From Planctomycetota bacterium (GTDB taxonomy: Bacteria > Planctomycetota > UBA1135 > UBA2386): a stretch of 64,000 nucleotides of DNA. The translations under genes and the position numbers were made by a program. Below the pieces are notes generated by a model. That model was not told the DNA's origin and made no database searches. It saw nothing but the letters and a program-made list of their open reading frames with translations. The stretch is from positions 1,325 to 65,324 of the forward strand of contig VGZG01000009.1 of NCBI GenBank assembly GCA_016872675.1. The letters run 5' to 3'. This document shows positions 1-8,922 of this stretch, one piece after another; within the stretch, counting starts at the first letter, position 1; each line of letters opens with the position of its first letter.

Positions 1-714
1 AAGTATGAGTTCGGCGGCATCGCGACGTCGGGCACGCAGCCCGGCTACGCCGACTACATCCCGCTCGGCAACTCGGGCGTGCGCATCAACTACCCGGTCA
101 CGGTGACCCCCACGCCGATCGCCTCGCTGGCGAGCGGCGCGAGCTACCTCGGCGAGCCGGCGTACCGCGTGACGATCAACAGCACGTCGTTCGGCCAAGC
201 CAACCGCTACGTCCAGTACGAAGCCGAGCTGCTGAACGGCTCCAGCGCGTTGCTGGCGAGCTTCCCCATCCTCACCCACACCGCGAACGAGTTGCTGGTC
301 AAGGCTGGGACGACGCAGTTGCCGACGCAGGCGAGCCAGGTGCAGATCCGCGCCAAGTTCTTCAAGGTAGTCACCAACACCGCCGAAGGCCTCGGCTCGG
401 TCTACCTGCCGGGTGGCACCGGCTCGCCGGTGCCGATCGCCAACGTGCGCATCGGCTTCGCGTTCCACCGCGATCCGGATCCGGCCAACATCCTCAACGG
501 CCGCTTCCCGTCGACGAGCGAGAACGACTTCCTGTTCAACCTCGAGGATCCGGCGTTCCAGGCCTGGATCGCGACCAACGGCGCGCCGCGCTACGTGAAG
601 TGGGACGTGCTGTTCGACATGCAGTTCAAGCCGGGCTTGAGCCAGCCGCCGTCGCTGGGCACGACGACGCCGCGCCCCGAGCTGCACTTCCTGCGCATCC
701 CGTTCCGGTTCTGA
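1..714 (+). CDS. C-terminal part of a larger hypothetical secreted/surface protein (5' end outside window)
   Basis: Frame 1 is open from base 1 (KYEFGGIATSGTQPGYADYIPLGNSG...) and runs into track ORF 79..714. The T/S/N/Q-rich, non-repetitive composition is unlike the R/A/G-rich artefact ORFs. It ends ...LHFLRIPFRF (aromatic C-terminus). No family recognised. Confidence 0.6.
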   Translation, partial: KYEFGGIATSGTQPGYADYIPLGNSGVRINYPVTVTPTPIASLASGASYLGEPAYRVTINSTSFGQANRYVQYEAELLNGSSALLASFPILTHTANELLVKAGTTQLPTQASQVQIRAKFFKVVTNTAEGLGSVYLPGGTGSPVPIANVRIGFAFHRDPDPANILNGRFPSTSENDFLFNLEDPAFQAWIATNGAPRYVKWDVLFDMQFKPGLSQPPSLGTTTPRPELHFLRIPFRF

Positions 715-722
715 TTTCTGGG

Positions 723-1036
723 GCGCCGCGCGACGCGGGGACTCACGCCGCGAAGGGAACGCAGCCAGCCCCGCTTCGCGGCGCCTGAGGTCGCACCGCG
801 CAGCCACGGGGAATGGGCTGGCGCCGCGCGACGCGGGGACTCACGCCGCGAAGGGAACGCAGCCAGCCCCGCTTCGCGGCGCCTGAGGTCGCACCGCGCA
901 GCCACGGGGAATGGGCTGGCGCCGCGCGACGCGGGGACTCACGCCGCGAAGGGAACGCAGCCAGCCCCGCTTCGCGGCGCCTGAGGTCGCACCGCGCAGC
1001 CGCAGGGAACGGGCTGGCGCCGCGCAGGGGAGGGAC
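723..1036. repeat. Non-coding tandem repeat, 98-bp unit, 3 full copies plus a degenerate stub; each unit contains a 10-bp GC hairpin
   Basis: Units lie at 723-820, 821-918 (identical by eye) and 919-1016 (3 substitutions near the 3' end), with a stub from 1017 to about 1036. The period of 98 is not divisible by 3. The hairpin CGCCGCGAAG-N18-CTTCGCGGCG sits at 746-783, 844-881 and 942-979. The repeat explains the duplicated MGWRRATRGLTPRRERSQ... N-termini of track ORFs 813.. and 911... Confidence 0.9.
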
Positions 1037-1093
1037 CAGCAACGCGCGGCTGACGCGTGGCGGCCGCGGGGCTATCGTCCCCGCCCCCATCCG

Positions 1094-2278
1094 ATGCCCG
1101 TCCAACTCGCGCCAACTCCCGATCACGTCCCGTTGCCGACCGGCTTCCGCGCCGGCGGATTGCACTGCGGGCTGAAGAAGAACCAGCAGTTCGACCTGGG
1201 CCTGCTGCTCGCCGACGAACCGGTGCCGGCCGCGGCGATCTACACGCAGAACCAGCTGGTCGGCGCGCACATCGCGGTCTGCCGTGAGCACCTGGCCAAG
1301 GGCGGCGGATTGGTGCGCGCCGTCCTGGTGAACGCGCGTAACGCCAACTGCGCGACCGGCCAGCAGGGCATCGAGGACGCGCGCATGTGCTGCCGTGAGT
1401 TGGCGCAGCGCCTGGGCTGCCCGACCGAGCAGGTGCTGATGGCCAGCACCGGCCCGATCGGCGCGCCGCTGCCGAAGGACCGCATCATCACGCATCTCGA
1501 CGAACTGCTGGCGCGGGCCTCGCGCGACGGCGCGATGGACTTCGCCCGCGCGATCATGACGACGGACACGTATCCGAAGGCGCTGTACGCCGCCGGCGCC
1601 GCGCACTCGGCGACGGGCTTCTGCAAGGGCTCGGGCATGATCCACCCCAACATGGCGACGATGCTGGGCTTCCTGCTCACTGACGGCCGCATCGCCGACG
1701 CCGCCGCGACCGAAGCGCTGCTGCGCCGCGTCGCCGACCGCAGCTTCCACCGGGTCACGGTCGACGGCGACACGTCGCCAAACGACACGCTGTTCCTGCT
1801 CGCCAGCGCCAAAGGCAAGGCCGACGGCCTCGAGGCGACGGTCACTGACCTGGGCCAGCAACTTGCCCGCATGCTGGCCGCCGACGGCGAGGGCGCCACT
1901 CGCCTTTGCACGATCGAAGTCCGCGGCGCGCGCAGCGAAGCCGAGGCAACGCACGTCGGCCGCGTCATCGCGACGAGCCCGCTGGTAAAGACGGCCGTCG
2001 CCGGCCGCGACCCCAACTGGGGCCGCATCCTGTCAGCGGCCGGACGCGCCGGCGTGGCGTTTCCCGCCGAGAAGGCGCGCGTCTGGGTCGGCGCCGCCGA
2101 CGTCTACAGCGGCGGCAAACCGCACCCCGAGAACGAGCCCCAGGCGCACCGCCACCTCGCCGACGACACGCTGATCGTGCTCGGCGTCGACCTCGCCGTC
2201 GGGGACGCCGCGGCCGACGTCTGGACCTGCGACTTCACCAGGGACTACGTGCAGATCAACGCCGACTACCGCAGTTGA
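1094..2278 (+). CDS. argJ: Bifunctional ornithine acetyltransferase / N-acetylglutamate synthase ArgJ
   Basis: GFRAGGLHCGLKK... and the ArgJ self-cleavage motif GSGMIHPNMATMLGFLLTD are present. The start is moved to ATG 1094 (MPVQLAP), in frame with track ORF 911.., because 911-1093 lies in or next to the tandem repeat. Confidence 0.93.
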   Translation: MPVQLAPTPDHVPLPTGFRAGGLHCGLKKNQQFDLGLLLADEPVPAAAIYTQNQLVGAHIAVCREHLAKGGGLVRAVLVNARNANCATGQQGIEDARMCCRELAQRLGCPTEQVLMASTGPIGAPLPKDRIITHLDELLARASRDGAMDFARAIMTTDTYPKALYAAGAAHSATGFCKGSGMIHPNMATMLGFLLTDGRIADAAATEALLRRVADRSFHRVTVDGDTSPNDTLFLLASAKGKADGLEATVTDLGQQLARMLAADGEGATRLCTIEVRGARSEAEATHVGRVIATSPLVKTAVAGRDPNWGRILSAAGRAGVAFPAEKARVWVGAADVYSGGKPHPENEPQAHRHLADDTLIVLGVDLAVGDAAADVWTCDFTRDYVQINADYRS

Positions 2279-2291
2279 TCCCGGCGCGCGC

Positions 2292-2825
2292 TCACGGCCG
2301 CTCGCGGCGGTAGACGCGCGGCGGCTCGGCGCCCTTGGCGCGCCACCACTCGCGATGGTCGCCAGCGTCTTTCGGCAGGCCAGCGACGTAGCCGATCGCG
2401 GCGTCCGGCACGCTGTCGCAGTACGGCAGGTACGGCTTGAGGTCGAGCACGGGCGTGCCGTCGAGCAGGTCGTGGTCGGCGATGTGGATGCGCCGCTTGT
2501 CGATGCGGACGAGGCGCACGCACGACAGGCCGATGGGGTTCGGCCGCTGCGGCGCGCGCGTGGCGAGCACGCCGCGCTTGTGCGTGTCGCGCGGCGGCAC
2601 GACCTGCGAACGGAAGCCGCGCGCCAGGTGGAACCAGGACAGCACCCAGAGGTGGCTGAAGCCGGCGAGGTCCTGCAGCGCGTTCTGCAGGCCCTGGCGG
2701 ATCTCGATCACGCCTTCGCCGCCGCGGCCCAGGCCGCTCTGCCGCGGCGCGTCGTGATGCACGCGCTGCGCGGCGCGCACGTAGCCGATCGGCGGCAGCG
2801 GCGCGTCGGCCGGGTCGCCGCTCAT
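2292..2825 (-). CDS. tsaA: tRNA (N6-threonylcarbamoyladenosine) methyltransferase TsaA/YaeB family
   Basis: The C-terminal 177 codons of track ORF 2292..3971 carry PIGYVR..., GFSHLWVLSWFH, GVLATRAPQRPNPIGLS and DLLDGTPVLDLKPYLPY. ATG 2825 overlaps the stop of the upstream gene (ATGA). Confidence 0.88.
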   Translation of the reverse strand: MSGDPADAPLPPIGYVRAAQRVHHDAPRQSGLGRGGEGVIEIRQGLQNALQDLAGFSHLWVLSWFHLARGFRSQVVPPRDTHKRGVLATRAPQRPNPIGLSCVRLVRIDKRRIHIADHDLLDGTPVLDLKPYLPYCDSVPDAAIGYVAGLPKDAGDHREWWRAKGAEPPRVYRRERP

Positions 2826-3340
2826 CGGCCGCTGCGTCGCGCCGCCGCCGGCTTGGGGATCTTGACCTTCGTGCCGGGCTTGAGGCGACGCGACTCGGCC
2901 TCGCTCCAACCGTTGAGCTCGAGGATCTCGCGGAAGCGGTTGCCGTCGCCGAGGTGCTTGCGCGCGAGGTGGATCAGCGTCTGCCCCTGGCCAAGCGTCA
3001 CCGTCGTGTAGGCCGGCTCGTCGCTCGGCTTCGACGGCGCGTCGTCGGGCGCGGGCTGCGGCGCTGGCTGCGGCACTGGCTGCTGATCGGGCGCGGGCGT
3101 CGGCTTGCGGCCGGCGGCGTCGTCCGGTTGCGGCGCCAGCGGCGGCGCCGGCTCGTCGAGGAGCGGGATCGGCGGCGCCGGCTGGATGCCGGCCTTCGCC
3201 AAGGCGCCGCGCAGCGACGCCTGGTTGCCGCCGAGTTCGAGCACCATCGTGCCGTCGCCGCCGGCCGGCAGGGACGCCGACTTGCCGCACGCGCTGACGA
3301 CGGCAACCGCGCTTGCCGCGACGAGGCCCAGGATCCGCAT
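2822..3340 (-). CDS. Lipoprotein with proline-rich linker and C-terminal LysM peptidoglycan-binding domain
   Basis: Signal peptide with lipobox MRILGLVAASAVAVVSAC; a P/Q/A-rich linker; a LysM-like C-terminus (YTTVTLGQGQTLIHLARKHLGDGNRFREILELNGW...LKPGTKVKIP). Start taken at ATG 3340; the track start 3358 is also possible. Confidence 0.8.
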   Translation of the reverse strand: MRILGLVAASAVAVVSACGKSASLPAGGDGTMVLELGGNQASLRGALAKAGIQPAPPIPLLDEPAPPLAPQPDDAAGRKPTPAPDQQPVPQPAPQPAPDDAPSKPSDEPAYTTVTLGQGQTLIHLARKHLGDGNRFREILELNGWSEAESRRLKPGTKVKIPKPAAARRSGR

Positions 3341-3428
3341 GGCGGCATCTTGCCACACCGGGCCGGCGCATCAACGGCGCAGCCCGGCCTTGCCTCGTCC
3401 CAGCGGCCGCCGCATCGTGCGCCGTGCG

Positions 3429-4205
3429 ATGACCGCCCTCCGCAGCCTCCTGCTGACCTGCCTGCCCAAGGTGGCGCTGTCGCGCGCCTGCGGACTCGTG
3501 TGCAGCCTGCCGCTGCCGTGCGCCCTGCGGCCGCGGCTCTACGGCTGGTTCGCGCGCCGGTACGGCGCCGACCTCGCCGAGGCCGACGGCGCGCTGGCCG
3601 GCTTCCGCAGCATGCAGGAGTTCTTCCGGCGACCGCTGAAAGCAGGCGCCCGTCCGATCGCCGCCGCGCCGCTGGTCTGGCCGTGCGACGGCCGGGTGGT
3701 CACCGTCGGCGGTCTCGCCGGCGGCCGTATCGAGCAGGTGAAGGGCCGCGACTACGCGCTCGCCGACCTGCTCGGCGACGCCGACTTTGCCGCGCAGTTC
3801 ACCGGTGGCTGTCAGGCGACCGTGTACCTGGCGCCCGGCGACTACCACCGCGTGCACGCGCCGTTCGCCGCCGAGATCGACAGCGTGACCGCGATCCCCG
3901 GCACGCTCTTCCCGGTGAATCCGCCGGCGGTGCGCAGCGTGCGCGACCTGTTCGCGCGCAACAGCCGGCATGTCTTCCGCTGCCGCCTCGCCGGCGGCGT
4001 GTCCGCGGCCGTCGTGATGGTCGGCGCCTACAACGTTGGCGACACGCTAGTCAGCGTGGCGCGCGGACCGGTGCGCGCCGGCGACGAGCTCGGCCGCTTC
4101 GGCTTCGGCTCCACGGCGATCGTCGTCGTCGGCCGCGACGGGCCGGCATTCGCCGCCGCCGCGCCAGAGACGCGCGTCCGCATGGGCGCGCGCGCCGACG
4201 GCTGA
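3429..4205 (+). CDS. psd: Phosphatidylserine decarboxylase proenzyme (short form)
   Basis: Within track ORF 3105..4205, starting at ATG 3429 (MTALRSLLL). YLAPGDYHRVHAP and the cleavage-site motif GRFGFGSTAIVV are present. Confidence 0.85.
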   Translation: MTALRSLLLTCLPKVALSRACGLVCSLPLPCALRPRLYGWFARRYGADLAEADGALAGFRSMQEFFRRPLKAGARPIAAAPLVWPCDGRVVTVGGLAGGRIEQVKGRDYALADLLGDADFAAQFTGGCQATVYLAPGDYHRVHAPFAAEIDSVTAIPGTLFPVNPPAVRSVRDLFARNSRHVFRCRLAGGVSAAVVMVGAYNVGDTLVSVARGPVRAGDELGRFGFGSTAIVVVGRDGPAFAAAAPETRVRMGARADG

Positions 4206-5837
4206 TCAGGCGCTCGCGGTGCGGAGGGCAACCTTGGCGTCCGCCGCGGCGCGGCCCTTGGTCCGCGTCGCGAGGTGGTGCAGCGCCTCGGCGGCGAAGC
4301 GCTGCTCGGGGCCGACCGCGCTGCGGAAGTGCGCGGCGATCTTGAACAGCAGGTCCGCCGTGATCGCCGGCTCCTTGCGCAACCGGTCGAGCAACGGATA
4401 GTCGCTGCGCAGCAGCGCGGCAAAGAAGCCCATGCCCGAGTTGCCGGGCGGCGCACTCTCGTCGGCCGGACGCGCGATGTCGTGCAGCAGCTTGGTGACG
4501 CCGAGTTGGTAGCGAACCTCGTTGTCATTCGGGGCGACGGCGGTGAGCCGCGCCAGCACGTGCAGCGCCTCGGCGAGCTTGTGCACGCGACGGGCGCGCA
4601 CGCAGCGCTCTACCAGCACCGCGGCCAACTTGGCGCCGCCGGCAGCAAACACCACGTCGAACAGCAGGTCGGCGACCTTCGGGTTCGCGCTCAGCAGCCT
4701 CATCGCCTTCTCGGCGAGATCGCGCACGAACTTCGGCGCCAGCAGCGGCGCTTGGCGCACCAGGATCACGGTGGCAGCAGCGGCGAGGTTCGCGTCCCTG
4801 CCAAAGGCGACGAGGCGGACCAGCTGCTCGCTTGCCTGGCGGTTGTGCGACAGCGCGTCGGCCGCAGCGTCGCGAAACCGCGGATCGTCGTGGTCGAGCA
4901 GCTTGATCGCCGTCTTGGCGAAATCGGCGCCGCCGGCGGTCCGCAGCATGCGCAGCGCGAACAAGCGCTGTTCCGGCGCACGCGCCGTCAACAGACGCTT
5001 GAGCACCGGCGCGAGGCCCTCGGGCAGTTCCGGCAACGCGGCGAGAACGTCGCGGACGGCGTCGTGAACGCCCTTCTGCGCCTGGTCCTCAAGGAGGTCC
5101 ATCATCGCGCGCACCTGCGGCGCGCCGAGCTTGGCGCCGTGCAGAGCGCGGAACGCCGCCGACCGAATCGCTGGGGCGGTCGCGTCGCCGGTGAGGGCGA
5201 GGATCGCCGCACGGCTGCCGTCGCGATCGAGCGCGGCGAGAATGCCGAGCATCTGCACGTGGCATGCCTCGGCCAACGGCTCCGACAGCGCCTTGGTCAG
5301 CGTCGCCACCAGCGGCTTCTGCACCGCCTGTGGCAGCTTCTCGCAGACGGCGAGCAGCGCGCGGCCAGCGTGCTCGGCTAGCTCCGGTGTGCGCAGCGCC
5401 TGGATAAACACCGCCGCGGCTTCCTTGTGCGGGTGCTTGGCAAGCAGCGCCACGATGCGCTTCTGCGCCGCAAGCCCGGCATCGGCGTAACTGGCGGCGA
5501 CCATCGCTTGCGCCGGCGCGCCGAGTTCGGCCACCCAGTGCGCGGCATGGTCGCCGAGCGGATCGCTCTCGATCGCAGCGCGCGCGATGAGGCCGATCGC
5601 CTCTTCGGTGGCCAGTTTGGCCAACGCGTCGAGGCAGAACCGCGCGAGCACCGGCGAGCGCTTCATGCCCTGCGCCAGCGCGCGCACAACGATCGGGTCC
5701 TTAACGTGCAGTTCGCCGAGTACCTGGGCCGCGGCCACCTGCAACTCCGGCTTGCCGTTCTCCAGCAGCCCAACAATCAACTTGTGCGTATCGTTCATGC
5801 CGTTCGTATGCACAGGGCGGCTTCGCGGGTCGGGCAT
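4206..5837 (-). CDS. HEAT/ARM-like alpha-helical repeat protein, function unknown
   Basis: Track ORF 4206..5843. All-helical, L/A-rich repeats (e.g. DPIVVRALAQGMKRSPVLARFCLDALAKL, DDPRFRDAAADALSH). Start ambiguous between GTG 5843, ATG 5837 and ATG 5798. Confidence 0.7.
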   Translation of the reverse strand: MPDPRSRPVHTNGMNDTHKLIVGLLENGKPELQVAAAQVLGELHVKDPIVVRALAQGMKRSPVLARFCLDALAKLATEEAIGLIARAAIESDPLGDHAAHWVAELGAPAQAMVAASYADAGLAAQKRIVALLAKHPHKEAAAVFIQALRTPELAEHAGRALLAVCEKLPQAVQKPLVATLTKALSEPLAEACHVQMLGILAALDRDGSRAAILALTGDATAPAIRSAAFRALHGAKLGAPQVRAMMDLLEDQAQKGVHDAVRDVLAALPELPEGLAPVLKRLLTARAPEQRLFALRMLRTAGGADFAKTAIKLLDHDDPRFRDAAADALSHNRQASEQLVRLVAFGRDANLAAAATVILVRQAPLLAPKFVRDLAEKAMRLLSANPKVADLLFDVVFAAGGAKLAAVLVERCVRARRVHKLAEALHVLARLTAVAPNDNEVRYQLGVTKLLHDIARPADESAPPGNSGMGFFAALLRSDYPLLDRLRKEPAITADLLFKIAAHFRSAVGPEQRFAAEALHHLATRTKGRAAADAKVALRTASA

Positions 5838-5992
5838 TGGCACCCGATGACGAAGCGAACGGAATTGCAGTATGGCATGAGCGGCCGGATGCCGCCACCT
5901 GCATGCCGATACCGGCGGCCTCTACGGCCGGCTAGCAATGCCTTGCCCGCTAGCGCAAACCCTTGCAAAATAGAGTTCTATCCCATTCCACA

Positions 5993-7180
5993 ATGCGGCT
6001 CCTCTTCGTCACCCCCTTCGTACCGGGCCGCCAGGCGCAGCATGGCGGCGGAGCGTACGTCGGGCAGGTGCTCGCGGGCTTGGCGCCGCTCGCCGAAGTC
6101 GGCCTCGTCGCATTGCAGCAACCAGACGATCCCGGCGCCCCGCACGGCACGCCAATGGCGTGGCTTGGGCTGGCGGCACGCCGGCGGCGGCGCGGTGGGC
6201 TCGGCGGCGCGCTCGACTCGGCGGCAATGGCATGGCGTTGGCGGCATACGCCGCTGGTCGCCGCCAAGCACTGGGAACCGCGCCTGCTGGCCGTGTTGGC
6301 GCGGGCGCTGACTGAGTTCCGCCCAGACGTCGCCTTCGTCGAGATGGCGCAGATGGCGCAGTACCTGCCGGCCCTGGCCGGCGTGCCGACAGTGCTCACT
6401 GACCACGAAGCTGGTTGCCCCGCGAACACGCGCACGGGCCTCGGCCAGTTCGGCGACGCGCGCGACCGGCGGCTGTGGCGCCAGCACGTGCTACTGCACT
6501 ACCCGCGGGCCGACGCCGTGCAGGCAGTGACAGCCGAGGACGCAACGACGCTGAGCGCGCTGCTCTTGCGCGCTGTGCGCGTCCGCCCGGTCGCGTGTGA
6601 CGCGCCGGCGACGCCGGCCGACGTTGCCAAGGCGCCGCCGCGCGCGCTGTTCCTCGGCGACTACCGCCATCAGCCCAATCCCGAGGCGGCTGCGCGACTG
6701 GCGCGCGCGGTGCTGCCGCGTATCCGCGCGGTGTTGCCGATGGCCGAACTTTGGCTCGCCGGCGCGCACAGCGAGCGCGTCGCCGACCTAGGCATGTTGC
6801 CAGGCGTGCGCGTCGTCGGTTACGTGGCCGACCTCGCCCACCTGTTCGCGCAGGTGCGCATGGCCCTCGTGCCGGTGTGGTCCGGCGGCGGCTTCCGCAT
6901 GAAAGCCCTGACGGCGCTCGCGCACGGCACGCCGCTGGTCACCAACGAACTCGGCGGCCGCGGTGTCGCGGCGCCGGCCGCCGCGGTGGCGCGCAGCGAA
7001 ACCGACGAAGGCCTCGCGACGGCAGCGATCCGCTGGCTCGGCGACGCCGCCGCGGCAGGCGCGGCGGGCCGGGCGGCGCACGCCTACGCGCAGGCAACGC
7101 TGTCGCCGCGCGCGATCGCCGTCGACCAACTGGCGCTGGCGCGCGAACTGGTCGCGGCGCGCAGCCGCGTCACGACTTGA
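5993..7180 (+). CDS. GT4-family (GT-B fold) glycosyltransferase
   Basis: MRLLFVTPFVPG... N-terminus. The C-terminal half is typical of GT1/GT4 enzymes (LFLGDYRHQPNPEAA..., MALVPVWSGGGFRMKALTALAHGTPLVTNELGG). Start at ATG 5993 inside track ORF 5963... Confidence 0.8.
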   Translation: MRLLFVTPFVPGRQAQHGGGAYVGQVLAGLAPLAEVGLVALQQPDDPGAPHGTPMAWLGLAARRRRRGGLGGALDSAAMAWRWRHTPLVAAKHWEPRLLAVLARALTEFRPDVAFVEMAQMAQYLPALAGVPTVLTDHEAGCPANTRTGLGQFGDARDRRLWRQHVLLHYPRADAVQAVTAEDATTLSALLLRAVRVRPVACDAPATPADVAKAPPRALFLGDYRHQPNPEAAARLARAVLPRIRAVLPMAELWLAGAHSERVADLGMLPGVRVVGYVADLAHLFAQVRMALVPVWSGGGFRMKALTALAHGTPLVTNELGGRGVAAPAAAVARSETDEGLATAAIRWLGDAAAAGAAGRAAHAYAQATLSPRAIAVDQLALARELVAARSRVTT

Positions 7181-8729
7181 CGGCGGCGGCGGCCGGCGCG
7201 GCGACGCGCACGACCGGCTTCTTCTTGCGCAGGCGCAACTTGCGCAGCGTCTCCTGCAAGAACGACTCGAACTTCGTAGTCTCCTTGCCGCGCACGAAGT
7301 TCCACGCAATGCGGAACCAGCGCGACGGCCGCAGCAGCAGGCTGCGGAAGTAGAAGGCGCGCACGACGCGGTACTTCCACCTGGTCAGTTCCTTGGCGGT
7401 GAAGTGGTCGTTGTACTTGCGATCCTCGCTGAGAAACGTGTTGTGCACATAGATCGGCAGCTTCAGGAAGGCGTCGTCGTAGACGATCTTGCCTTCCTTC
7501 TCGAGCTGGCGCGTGATCTCGGTGTTCGGTAGCGGGAAGAAGAAGCCCGCCGACACGTCGTCGATGCCCGCCTCGCCGAGCTTGGCGGCGAGGCGCACGG
7601 TCGCTTCCATGTCTTCCTTCTCGTCGGTCGGATAGGCGAGCACGAAGAAGGCGCCGACGTTGAGACCGGCCTTCACCGACGCCCGGACGGCGCGGAAGAG
7701 CTTCTCGTCGGTCAGCATCTTCTTCATGTGCTTGCGCGTGCGCTCGCTGCCCGACTCGGGCGCGAAGTTCAGCGACTTGCAGCCGCTGCGCACGAGCAGG
7801 CGCGCAACCTCCTCGTCGATGATCTCGCTGCGCGTCCCGGCCGGCAGCTGCCACGTGAACTTGAGCCCACGGCGCTCGACCTCGCTGCAGAACTCGACTA
7901 CCCAATCCCTCTTGAGGATCGCGGTCAGGTCCTGGAACGGGAAGTTGCTGGCGCCGTACGTCTTGACGTAGCTCTCGATCTCGTCGAGCACGTCCTTGGG
8001 CTCGCGCGCGTACCAGCGCGTCGTCCACATGTTGGGCGAGCTGCAGTACGTGCATTGGTACGGGCAGCCGCGCGTCGCCAGGATCGGCACCGTCTTGCCG
8101 TAGTAGATGCCGCTGACGAGGCGATTGCTCGAGTACGCCTCGACGTCGAAGTACTCCCACGCCGGCCACGGGATCTCGTCGACGTTCTGGATGCGGTCGC
8201 GGCGCGGGTTGTTCTGGATCTTGCCCTCGGCGTCGCGAAACGCGATGCCTGGGATGACCGTGTGGTCGAGGCCGAGCTCGAGCGCGCGGAACAACGCCAC
8301 CGCGGTCTCCTCGCCTTCGCCCAACACCAGGAAGTCGATCGGGGCCTGCTGCATCGACAGCTCGGGCACGGCCGTGAAGTGCTCGCCGCCGCAGACGATC
8401 GCCACCTTCGGGAAGGCGGCGCGCAGCTTCTGGAGCAACTCGCGCACGATCGGCCAGCTGTAGCTCCACATGCTGGTGACGCCGATCGCCTTCGTGTCGG
8501 CAGGAATGCGCGCGATGATCTCCTCGGGCGTGAGGCCAAGACGCCAGATGTCGCCATCGGGGATCATCTGCTCGGGCGCGGCGCCGAGTGCGTCGACGAC
8601 GTGGATGTCGTGCTTGTCGTTGCGCAAGACAGCCGCGATGTACGCAAGGCCGAGCGGCAGGCTCGGACGGAGCGCGGTGAGGCCGTTCTTGTTGATGTAG
8701 ACCGGCGGGTGGATCAGCGTGACCTTCAT
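7170..8729 (-). CDS. B12-binding-domain radical SAM enzyme (class B), substrate unknown
   Basis: N-terminal cobalamin-binding-like domain (MKVTLIHPP..., LGLAYIAAVLRNDKHDIHVVD, AIVCGGEHFTAVPE). Radical SAM cluster motif ATRGCPYQCTYCSSP. Basic C-terminal tail (RKLRLRKKKPVVRV). Start at ATG 8729 inside track ORF 7170..8975. Confidence 0.88.
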   Translation of the reverse strand: MKVTLIHPPVYINKNGLTALRPSLPLGLAYIAAVLRNDKHDIHVVDALGAAPEQMIPDGDIWRLGLTPEEIIARIPADTKAIGVTSMWSYSWPIVRELLQKLRAAFPKVAIVCGGEHFTAVPELSMQQAPIDFLVLGEGEETAVALFRALELGLDHTVIPGIAFRDAEGKIQNNPRRDRIQNVDEIPWPAWEYFDVEAYSSNRLVSGIYYGKTVPILATRGCPYQCTYCSSPNMWTTRWYAREPKDVLDEIESYVKTYGASNFPFQDLTAILKRDWVVEFCSEVERRGLKFTWQLPAGTRSEIIDEEVARLLVRSGCKSLNFAPESGSERTRKHMKKMLTDEKLFRAVRASVKAGLNVGAFFVLAYPTDEKEDMEATVRLAAKLGEAGIDDVSAGFFFPLPNTEITRQLEKEGKIVYDDAFLKLPIYVHNTFLSEDRKYNDHFTAKELTRWKYRVVRAFYFRSLLLRPSRWFRIAWNFVRGKETTKFESFLQETLRKLRLRKKKPVVRVAAPAAAAVKS

Positions 8730-8922
8730 CGGCGGCTTCGGGGCAGACTCAGGCGGAGGGCGAACTATAGCCCGCCCGTCCAGCCATGGGGGTGGATCCC
8801 ATATCAACGACGATCGCGGGAAGCGGTTACTGCTCGCGTGCGGTCGATGGCAAGGCTCGTGACTTGGTGTCCCGAAACCGGGCGATCGTTGCCCCCCGCC
8901 GCCCGGCCGGGATGCTGGCGGC

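Noticed and set aside
723-1036. CRISPR array hypothesis for the 98-bp repeats
   Set aside because: The units are directly contiguous with no unique spacers. The unit length is far beyond CRISPR repeat size, and no cas genes are in the window.
743-1954. 403-aa minus-strand ORF (and similar ones at 1240..2028, 2954..4345, 8827..9933, 13171..14091, 17054..18355, 22774..23847, 28841..29443, 59851..62130, 62709..63443 and others)
   Set aside because: They run antisense or out of frame to genes with clear family motifs. Their translations are dominated by R/A/G/P, as expected when GC-rich coding DNA is read in a wrong frame, and no motif was recognisable. They are treated as GC artefacts.
8730-8922. 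Cobalamin riboswitch or operator in the divergent region between the B12-radical SAM gene and the FAD oxidoreductase gene
   Set aside because: No B12-box-like consensus was seen on either strand. The only feature is a weak 5-bp-arm palindrome ATGGG-N7-CCCAT (8786-8802) and isolated TTGATA / TATAGT hexamers at a non-canonical 32-nt spacing.
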